Assembly (NCBI RefSeq): GCF_036321535.1
Contig: NC_087437.1
Coordinates: forward strand, 90,026,001 to 90,090,000
Length of the DNA stretch: 64,000 nt
Origin: Camelus dromedarius
Taxonomy: Eukaryota
Direction: 5' to 3'
This document shows, piece by piece, positions 53,781-64,000 of the stretch. Under the pieces are notes generated by a model, which worked only from the letters and a program-made list of their open reading frames with translations, did no database searches and was not told where the DNA came from. Both the position numbers and the translations under genes were made by a program. Numbering within the stretch: position 1 is the first letter of the stretch; each line of letters starts with the position of its first letter.

Positions 53781-54255
53781 TGTGGATACCCTGCTTATAT
53801 ATCCATGGCACTCAATGACCCCTTACACTTTGCATTCAAGCTACAAACTCTTGAAAAATTAAGCGTGAAAGCTTTTTCTGACTTGCACAGGCCTGAACTG
53901 TGCAGTGGTGCAGGCAAGAATGGTAGGGAATTAATGTCCCTCCCCAGGAAGAGTCTTCAACCAATGACAGGTGGGGAGATGGCGAAACATCCAGTAACCT
54001 TCAGCTTCCTTCATCTTAGGTAGGACAACTCTGAGCCAGAGTCTATGCATTCCCCCAGGTGTTGCCAACAACCTTGAGCTCCAGATGCCCACAGTGGTAA
54101 CCTGTTCATGAGCACCCCTCCACTTTAATTCACTCCCGTAACAGAATCACTTCTTTATTCTATGACCAGTGCTTCCTAGTATCACTAGTCAAATCAACTA
54201 CTTGCACACAAGTCTCTATATCAGGGTCAGCTTTCAGGGAAACACAAAAACTGTG
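53781..54255 (+). mobile_element. LTR16-family ERVL solo LTR
   Basis: tcaaccaatgacaggtgggga...ggacaactctgag...gcccacagtggtaacctg...ctacttgcac...tcagggtcagctttcagggaaac. Confidence 0.8.
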
Positions 54256-56579
54256 GTTAAGATGAAAGAATGTGTGTCGATATATTTGACCAGTCCTATT
54301 ATGTTTTTCATGTTTTACAACATCACACATTGGAGAAAACATTCTTACAGTCAGTAGTTTCTTTAAAATACTAAAACAGTATTTAAAAGCAGTGAAGAGA
54401 ATATTTTTAAAAAGCAGCCCATAAGTTTTATGTTGTATAGTTTTGCTATGCTTGCTCAGCTTTCCTGATATAGCTACCGCTTCTCAAGGACTTGGGTCAT
54501 GTTTTCTGGTCAGAAAAATCTGAAGTAAATGTCCAATTTACAGTTGTAGCATGGTAACAAGTTATCAATGATAATTACCATCTTTAAATTTTTAATATTT
54601 GAGGTATTCAATATCATAAAACACAATACATTTCTTAGAATCAATAAAAGTAGCATTGCTGAACTGTTAAGTGATAATTGATATAAAAATTTTAATAAAT
54701 AGAGCATACCAAATTATAAATTCTAAGATTGCTATCTTAATTTAGTTTTAGCAATCATATACCAAATGGCAAACTGTGTCACTCAAAAAAAATTTATAAG
54801 CACCCAGATTCTTCACCATTTTTTTTTTTACTAGAATTCAGGTTTGTTTTTAACCTATGAATTCTGGTTTACCGCACTTTTACATTAAAAAGGAGACTAT
54901 ATATCTTATTAGCAACATAGGGCAATTACAAAAATTTAGGTTGTGTATCTGGCTAGGAGGGTTTTTAACCCCAACATATGTACTGTGACACTGTTTTCCA
55001 CATAACATTTAGAGAATTCTAAAAAAGCATTGAAGCTGGCAGTTATTCACAGTATTGGCTACAGGAGACCAATTCTCTGCTGGATCAAAATGTTAAGTTA
55101 GTTCCAAGACAGAATGTGAGAGGAAAGTAAAAGCAATTTCTCTTTCTTTGGAGTTCTAAGAATTCACATTTTCCCAGACTGGCTGAAAACATTTTCTATC
55201 AGCTGATACCATCCAATGGGAGAAAACTGTCAGAAAAGGGAAACTACAGAAAAGCAATACATTTTTTTTTTGTTAAATAATTAAAGGAAAGAACTAAGTT
55301 CAATATTACTTTTATTAGCAAAATGTTTAGCCTTTAAACTTTTTCATCTAAATATTTGTCTTCTTATCTTTATGAAATTAATCTGATACTACTCCACAGA
55401 CCATTGAAGTCTAGTGTTTTCTATTGAGATTAAGATTATTCATATTCTATGAATTAGAATGACTGGCCCTGGTGCAGAGAGGACAAGCTAGATGTGATGA
55501 CTGCTAGATGAGACTAGCAAAAATGGTAACTACTTCATTTTTCAACTAGAAAAAAGTCAAAGCTTTTTTTCAACGTCTGTCTTATAATTCCATTTCTACT
55601 AAAAATAGTTTCACATGGATATATTCCCGCAAAATTCATGCTCTACTTATTTAATGTTAAAGTAATTTGGAAAAACTCCTCCTGAAATTAACCTTTGATC
55701 AAATTATAACCCCCAAATGACAAAAACGTATAAAATTGGGGAAGATAAATTTAGTCTGAAATTACTGAAAGCCTTCATTAAGCCTTAATATATGCTGTCA
55801 GCTTTAAACTAAATAATAGATGAGATTTTAACATAATCAGAAGAAAACTGCTGCTACCTGCCTCTGTTACTGTCACAATGAAATTGACAAGATAATTTTG
55901 AAAATAAGGCCTTCTCCAAGTCACTTCATGAATCTGACAAGCGCACGGTGTTTAGAATTATATCTATTCATACAGAAAGAAGATTTATCTACAAGGATAT
56001 AAGATTGCTGAATGGAAGATCAAATATATTCTCCTTTAGAGAATGGGGTGTCACTTGCTTTAACAAATAAACACAAGTACTTCATATGTTAGCAATTCTC
56101 TGCTTTCAGAAAAGATTCCATTTTCTGTCCCTTCTGTAATGGTCTTTAGGTAATCTTTATGCAGTTGGATAACCTACAAGAAGTGAACAAACACATAGTC
56201 TGTATAAGTTATACTGAATTACTGTGTTCATTTGATCTCTTAAACTTTTCCTTATATTATTAATATATGGAGCTTTAATTATGACTACCAATAGGAAGCA
56301 TTCGACTGGTTTTCTCACTGTAGGGAAAGGGTATAAGATAACAAAGAAAAGCCACATATGCCTATAATCTTCAAGGGTATGTATTAGGACAAAGCTAAGA
56401 TTTAAGTTTAAAAATATTCTTACCTTTCTTTCCAACTCTATAAAACACAAAGTCTCCAATGATTTCTCTCTTTATCTAGGTATATGTAACTCATAAAAAA
56501 TAATGACATGATTTTGGACCCAATAAACACAAAGTTGGAGTTGGTAGAGAGGTATTATGAACTAAAAGTTGTTTAGTTT

Positions 56580-56645
56580 TATATATATATACACACACAT
56601 ATATAGTTATATATATATAAATCATGTCATATACATATATATGAT
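56580..56645. repeat. (TA)n/(CA)n low-complexity tract
   Basis: Interrupted TA and CA dinucleotide runs. Confidence 0.8.
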
Positions 56646-58637
56646 GTTATTTGACATTTTTCATAACTCATGAGTTATAATTTCGATCATAAACATTTAT
56701 GTCTCAATTTCAGTGCATGCCCAGGTGCTGAATGGTGGTAGCAACTACATACGATTATTATATTTGAAACCAGATATCTCTAGCTCTTTAAAACATTATT
56801 TAAGCAATCTCTCATATGGCTATGCCTAATATGCTTTGTTAAGCATATTATTGGTGTTGGAGCCTAGGTAATCAAAGAAGCAGAGAATATTGCTGTAAGA
56901 TATTTAATCAACCAAACTAGAGTTGTCTATTTTAGGATTAAGAATTATTTTCTATATTAGAACATTGGATGTAACTATAGTTCTTTTAGGTACAGAGCTG
57001 TAAACTTGCATTATCTAGATACTGTACTTCGTTTTTTAAATGAGAAAACTAATAGTATCCTCATATAAACTATGCTGTTAAAAAACACAGAGAAAAAAAT
57101 CATTGCTATTATTCTTCCATCTGCCTAAAATGGGACAGGAAAGAGACACAGCAGGAAGAAACTCATGAACTCACCTGATAGTTAAATACAATAGATAGGT
57201 CACATTTTTGAATTGCCAACTTTGATGTGTCTTTACTTCTACATTACAAATCATGTCATATTCAGAAAGTTTAAACGTTAAAGGATCTATTGAGTTCTGT
57301 CCCTGATCTTCAAGAAACCTGAATTTCCAAAGAGACATACAGATGGGATTTTTTTTTTTTTCATTTTGTCCTTTTCATTAAATGTCTCCAAGCAAAAAGT
57401 TCAAGATGGAGGAGGAAAAAAGAAAGTTCTAGGAGCTTGATCTGAAGTGATCATTTTTTTTTTTGTCAGAATAGCAAAGAAAAAAATCAGTTTTAAAAAA
57501 GGAAATAAAATCACATTTCAAATCTGTCTAAATTTTATACACATGTGGAAAGAGATAGATTTTTAGGATGTCATAGTCATTCATAAATACTGAAAAAGCT
57601 TTAATAACTAGGTTTTCATCACTCACCAAAATTCTTTTCAGAGCTTCATATCCAGAATATGCTCATTATTCTTATACTTCACTGCTCATACTCCATCTTG
57701 GAGAATTACATATTGATCACCAAAGTAGAGAAATACAATGTATGGTGTGCCAAAGTTCAAGTAAAATTTCCATTTGAATCAGATATTATACCTCAATAAC
57801 ATTAAGCCTATTGAAATAATGTACTTAAAAATTTGAGGTAAGAAGTAGACATGAAATTTATTACAATTGGTGAATCTTCTCTTTCCTTTGGCAGGAATAC
57901 AAACAAAGAGTATAGGAGTATAGAGGTTTTAAAAGAACTAAAAGAGAACTAAAAATAATAAAACTAACATTGAACTTTTGGTTTGTTAAAACTGCTTAGG
58001 ACATATCCTGTAAAATAATTTCCTGAATCATTTTAAAGCAAATTATTTACCTACCTAAGCCACATAGCATGTCTTTCTATTGAGGGGTCAGGAGTGGAGG
58101 TTGAAACGTAGAGCAGATATTTTTATCTCACTCATAGGTAGATATTTGTTGATATACATTTTGAAAATTTGTGAACAATAGCATCCCTTCCTCTTAAACA
58201 GAAAATAGGACACTATGACCATGTGAATCCACTGGGACCTGAAGAGCAATGGATCTCCAAGTTTATTCTAGACCCTCAGAAGACTCTGAGTCAATAAAGA
58301 ATTCTTGACCGTGGGTCTTTGAAATATTGAAAATGATTCCTTGAGAGGGACAGATTTGTTCAGACCAACCAAATTCAAGCCAATAAAGTTATAGACTCTC
58401 TCACCTCATAATGAAAGCTTATGAGAAGAGACACTTTGTGACCATCTGCCATCCAAAATCTGTTAGAACAATGGGGAAATATTTTAGAATGCCGCAACCC
58501 CTGGAACTTGTTTCACATTCACAAGACTCATGAAATGGGCACAACTCTGGAGGTCTCAGTAAAGTCAGTCACAAAAAGTGAAGCAAAAGGTCTCTGACTT
58601 CCTAATCTGCTTCAATAAGCCAATATCTGAGAATACA

Positions 58638-58830
58638 TAATCACAAGAACTAAATTTGCTATATGTAATGTTCTAAGCACTCTGTATGTGTTAAATATTT
58701 TAATCTTTCGAATAGCCCTGTGATGTGGGTACCATATTTTCCTTGTACAGATGAGGAAATTGAGGCATGGCATGGCAAAATGATTGCCCTATGCCAAAAG
58801 TGAAACTCCAACCAAGTACTTTAAACACAA
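58638..58830 (-). mobile_element. MIR SINE
   Basis: tgttctaagcact...agccctgtga...tacagatgaggaaattgaggc. Confidence 0.85.
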
Positions 58831-60557
58831 ATACCTGTTGAACTATATCTACCAGGTTAATACTGAGATGATTTTTCAGCAATGTGGTCATATTACTTTC
58901 ACAATGCAAAAATTTACATGGTATAAATCTGCTTAATGGGAGTGTGCAATGCATTTCAAAGACACTAGAGTTCAGTGTTTATGCTTTTGAAACTTATTTT
59001 TCTAGAATTGCAAATCCCATTCTAGTCTAAGGCTAACATAGTGTTTTGTATCTCTAGTGTCTAGATGTTGGAATGATTTAAGACAAAACTAACCCAGAAT
59101 AATTTTTGCAGCAGAATGAGTTATTTTGCTAAAGTCACCATGAAATAATGCCTAACACAGATTCCAATAAAAACCTTCATCACACTAATCAAGCAGAAGC
59201 TTAAAAGATGTGTGTCAAACCAATCTGATTTTTTTAATAACATCTGTGGGCGACTTAGGCTACATTTTCAGGATGTGCCTCAAGAAATATAGTTTAATGG
59301 AATTGCCATGTCTTGGTGTGGGTTTAGAAATATGGATTTGTCATCCATAGATTGCTACAGGTGTTCTGGTCTAAGGGGAGTAAGTCGCTAGAGATAAATT
59401 CACATGAGACTAATTCAAAAGCTAGAAGCAAAGCTTCAAATTATATTGGAGGGATATTCTGGGGCTTGACAAGTGGGACAAGTCATCTGCAAGGGCATAC
59501 CCTCCTGGGTAGTAGGTTCTCTAGGGGGCGGAAATTATAGATTAGATGTTTCTCTTGAGAGCACAGAATTAGAACAAAGGGAATTGAGTGGTGTTAAGGG
59601 ATCATTTTATCAGACAGTAGTAACCTGATTAATTGCCCTTCCCGCCTGTTCTGCTGATGTTTCTATCTAAATAACTGGGCCAAGGTACTGTGGAATCAGA
59701 GCACCTTTCTCCTGCTCATTTCCACAGAAACAGTGGAAAATCCAGGCCCCTGAAAAGTCATTACTCTCTTCTATTCCAATATGTTCAAATTTGCTATATA
59801 GTTCTTAAATGAATTTTATCTAAGTCTAATGTTTTAGGACATAAAATTTAATATTGATTAGATAGCCACAGAGGACAGGAAAAAGGCAATGGAAGCTTTA
59901 TTCTTTCTTTCTTTCTTTCAAAGTAGAGAATTGACTGTGTCATATTTGCAATTTGGGAATATTCATGGATGGTATTAAATAGAATCGATTAAAATAGGTC
60001 AGGATTGAAAAATGAAAGATTATTGTAAAACCCAGCCCAAAGGCACCAAGAACTTGACATGGGTTGGTGTGGAGATTACAGGCAGAAATAAAAGAACAGG
60101 TGTAAGAAACATTTGGGGAAGAGAAAGTTATCATTCTTGTCTCCTGAGTCATAACATGACCGAGTACTCAGAGCCATAGACTCATGGTAGCTAAACTTTT
60201 ACTCTAAATAAACTAAAATATCAATAAAAAATTCAGTAAACATATCATAAAAGTGTATGTTATAAAGTTGTCGGAAAGAAAGTGTAAAGGAAAACGACTT
60301 CAAATTATTTTAAGGTCCTCTTCACTGCCTTTTTATTTAATATGATCTCTGCTTGTCTTTGCTAAACTTGCTGACTTGTGTCTGAAATCTTGCAGAGATT
60401 ATCCGACAAAGTGTAATATTACAGGTTGCTGGGTTGACTGGGTGAGAGAGCAAGCCTTTTTATGTGTTAAACTGCTGTGCTTAAAGTCTTCTTTAAAGTG
60501 TGGACCTCTCATGCCAAAACAAGAGCAAATACTTCTTTGATAAAAGCTGAAAATGAA

Positions 60558-60650
60558 TGTATATGAGAGCTCTCTGTACTTTCTCTTCATTTTTGCTGTG
60601 AACCTAAAACTGCTTTATAAAAAATAAAGTTTATTAATTAATAAATAAAA
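60558..60650 (+). mobile_element. Old L1M (L1MC-like) 3' end
   Basis: ctctctgtactttct...tttttgctgtgaacctaaaactgct...aaataaag. Confidence 0.8.
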
Positions 60651-62319
60651 TGAAACAAAGTCAACTGAAAGTGAAATGACAGGCAAAAATAATACAATCT
60701 TTCTCCTTTCCATTCCCAGACCTTTCTTTTTCTGTCTTGGAGGACAGAGCTCATATTCCCTGCGACAAGGAAAAATTCCCTTTTTGGTTTGAGTATTTTC
60801 CTCTTCAGTGTTCTGCCTCTCCAGAAACTACCTCACAGCTTTGTTCTTACTTCCCATAAATCTGAGCTCACCTCCCTCCCCTAGAAACTCTCCTATTTTA
60901 TGAGGAAAATTTTTTAATGGGATGGTCACATTTTTCTTAACATAACACATAACACAAATGTAAATAAAGTACACCAAAAGTATTAAAGCAATTTAATAGC
61001 AGGCATTTTGCCTCACCTACCTTTCAAAGGAATGGGGATAGTAGCGGGGTGATGTCCTATGTATATGTACATACACTTATGTATTAACTTATATATTAAT
61101 TTATATATTAATACTACATTGACAGCAACTCAAAATGCAGTAGTTAGAATTGATATTGAATTTTACCCACCTGCCTATGTACTGTTACCAAGATGCCTGA
61201 TACATGAAAAAGATCCTACTGATAAAACAAAATACAAAATTTCACTATAAAAATTTAAAGGCATCTTCCTGAAAACATGGATTGGAGAGTATGCCTCCAT
61301 TCTTTCAAACCTCCTTCAAAACTTCAGATTTTCCTGCATTCTAAAACTTCAGTTACATTTTAGAATGCAAGACAGCTTAAAAATAGCTTTTGGAGGTCTT
61401 TTAATTATAGATCAGTAAGTGTGTCTGAGTGCAAAATCAATTATTAATTTATGTAAGCTGAAAATTGGCATATTTTATAAAGTTGGGCTCTATCTTCAGA
61501 GTGATCTTTGCTTTTTGGTAACAAATTAAATGGATAATGCAATCTTTCTGAACCTCTAATGTTTCACAATTTTAAGAAGTGTTCACTACTGAGTTGGAAA
61601 ACTGTGAACTATATGTAAAGTTTAGTATGAATGTTAAATGGGAAAACTATAAATGCTAAGTTCTTGAATACTAATTCTGCAAACTGGTTTTCTGTAGTTT
61701 AAGGTGTCATTATACAGTGGAATAAAGTTGAGGTAGAAGAGATGAAAATATTTTCCACAGTATCTAATGTTCTCTCACATAAAGTCAAAAAATGATTTAT
61801 CTTTTGGTTAAGCAAGTCTTTTAAAAATATGTTAATCTTTTTTCTCTGGCAGATATAAAATAGAAATAATGAGATGAAACAATGTAGTAACAAAGACCCG
61901 TGTTTGGTGGACAGAAAAACAAGCATCAAAGAAGGGAAAAACACAAGCACATCTTAATTCACACTATACATAAATGGCACCAACAATCAAAAATGCATGC
62001 AGAGTTCAAACAGACTTGCTTTTAATCTTTCTTCAAAAGGCAAAGTAGTAAATGACAATCAAATATGAATAAACTGAAAATGAATCAGCAATAAAACAAA
62101 TGATACACAATTAACCGTTTGTAATGTTAATACTGTAAGAGAAGAAAAATCATAAATTAAAATGATGCTGTTTATTCAAAACAAATGCTTTAAATATAGT
62201 TTATTTCAGCATCTGGTTAGGGTCACACTAATTAAATATAGATAAAAATTTGGCCCTTTTTTTTTTCTTTCTTTTTAAGCATTCCTCCTCAGCACCATTT
62301 TTCCATTGCTGTTTGGTAC

Positions 62320-62712
62320 AAAGCAGACATTTCGCTGCCTTCTTATTGCTAGCAGGATCCACTACCCTTGAAAGAAACTGAAAAGCTTACACACTACACT
62401 TTCTAGCCTCTCTTGTTAGTAGAGCGTGGCCATCAACCCACACCTAAGGAAGGTATGCTGATAGCTTCTGGGAAAATTTTGCTCCAGGTCAAGAGGAGAG
62501 TGAGATGTGAGGAAGATTTTTTTTTTTTTTCTCTTTCTTGTTTGGGACAAAATCATGAGAGGACAAGATGCTTGGAGCTGCTGCAGCTATCTTGCTCCAA
62601 AAAGAAGATGCAGAGAATCTCAGGGAAGATGGGCCACTGAACCAACCCGGACCATGATTATCTAAGCCGTTTTACTTGAGTGTTCTTGTACCAGAAAACA
62701 ACTAACTGAGCA
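62320..62712 (+). mobile_element. Old MLT1 (K/L-like) MaLR LTR
   Basis: ctttctagcctctcttg, gcttctgggaaa, gatgcttggagctgctgcagctatcttg, taagccg...ctaactga. Confidence 0.65.
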
Positions 62713-64000
62713 CTGGTTTACCTTTTAAAAGAAATTCAATCCTGTGTCTCTTCTTAAGTATTTGGTCTTCAGGAACACTATACCTTCTATAATCATGTCC
62801 CATTTTCTATTAAGTTAAATGATACAATTCCCTTTAAATTGTGTGGCACATTGCAAAAACAAGTTCCACTTTGAACACTGACAGTGATTCAGCACAAAAG
62901 CAACATAATATAACAATGCAATGTAATTCACCTTTCTGAGATTGCCTTTTTTTAGTACCGTGTTTCTTTCCACCATGACTTTCAAAGTATTTTTTTGTTT
63001 TATTCCATCGATTAAAATTTCTTTATCCCCCCACCCCAAGAATTCTAATAATAAAGCAAGAAAGAATGTTAGTATTGTCCTGATTAAAGAGGAAGAGGGT
63101 GGAGTCACAGAGCTCACTCCCCACTTGGCTCCCTATCTTTTTTCAACAGCACCTAAATGACTATGAGAAACACACTTTCAAAATCACTCCTCTAGTCTTA
63201 GAATGGAAGCAAAAAGGCAATGAGAAGAGAAATCAAATTGATCTTTTACAGACGTTCTGGAAAAGAATGGCGAAATGCAAGTCAATACAACCTTTTCTAA
63301 TTCTCTACTTCCCAACTCAGGTAGTATACCAATAACCACAGGGGATCAATATATATTTGTTGAATGAATGGATAAAACTTTCAGACCGCTGGGTTGCAGA
63401 CTGAGCCCAGGCTTATTGTTGTTTTTGTAAGCAGGACTTTCCATTATATAAAGATGTCCTTCCCACAAGTAAAGGAGTGGTATGACATAAAATAATAACT
63501 GTATATATTTGGGAAGTCCCTGATATGTGCACAGCATGAAGCTAGGCATTTCCAGGGAACAATGAATAGATAAGATCCAGTTTCTGTCAAAGAAGAACAT
63601 TATTTAGTAAGAGAGACAGGATAAAAGGGGCATGGCCACAAGATACAATGCAGAAAATAAATGTCACAAGAGAAGTAAAAAAGTATTTTAGACGTTCAAA
63701 AAACAAGGGTTTGTGTCATGTAAGGAGGATCATACATGAAGAGACAGTTGAGATTGACCTTGAAGGGGGGATTGAATTTCAGATAGAGAAATGTGAAAGA
63801 AAGAGTTTTTGATGGAAGAGATGATAATGTGTTCCTGAGTAAAATAGTAGCCCACTTTTCCTTAAATACCAAAAACATAAAGAGAGACAGGGGATATTAA
63901 AGTGGAAAAGAACTTGAGAATTGTATTTTGTGAATCACTGAATGCTGAAAAGAATTCTGTCACCTCGGGACACACTCTCAAAATATATCCAAAGTCAATT

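Noticed and set aside
62413..63878. Cluster of overlapping short ORFs
   Set aside because: One lies in an MLT1 LTR; the others show no homology or exon signals.
1..64000. CRISPR arrays, tRNA, rRNA or prokaryotic systems
   Set aside because: None seen; the sequence is mammalian genomic DNA.

Overview
AT-rich, CpG-poor mammalian DNA, probably camelid (L1 3' UTR type; no Alu, B1, Bov-tA or PRE-1 SINEs seen). I find no intact protein-coding gene; the listed ORFs are L1 ORF2 pieces, fragments of decayed exons, or spurious. The main observation is a heavily decayed, intron-containing minus-strand pseudogene at ~23.3-39.2 kb. Its remnant exons read in order: signal peptide and MAM-like region, about five kringle-like domains, a transmembrane/juxtamembrane exon, and a MET/RON-type tyrosine kinase split into MET-like exons. 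I know no mammalian receptor tyrosine kinase (RTK) with this architecture. All domain calls are by-eye translations through stops and frameshifts and need HMM confirmation. A second, unidentified decayed spliced gene may lie on the + strand at ~1-7.6 kb. There is also a CpG-retaining, promoter-like patch inside an MLT2 LTR at ~46 kb, a young 5'-truncated L1 with target-site duplication (TSD), a twin-primed inverted L1 nested in a MER47/Tigger5 element, and many old repeats (MIR, L2, L3, MaLR, LTR16, MER5, MER82).
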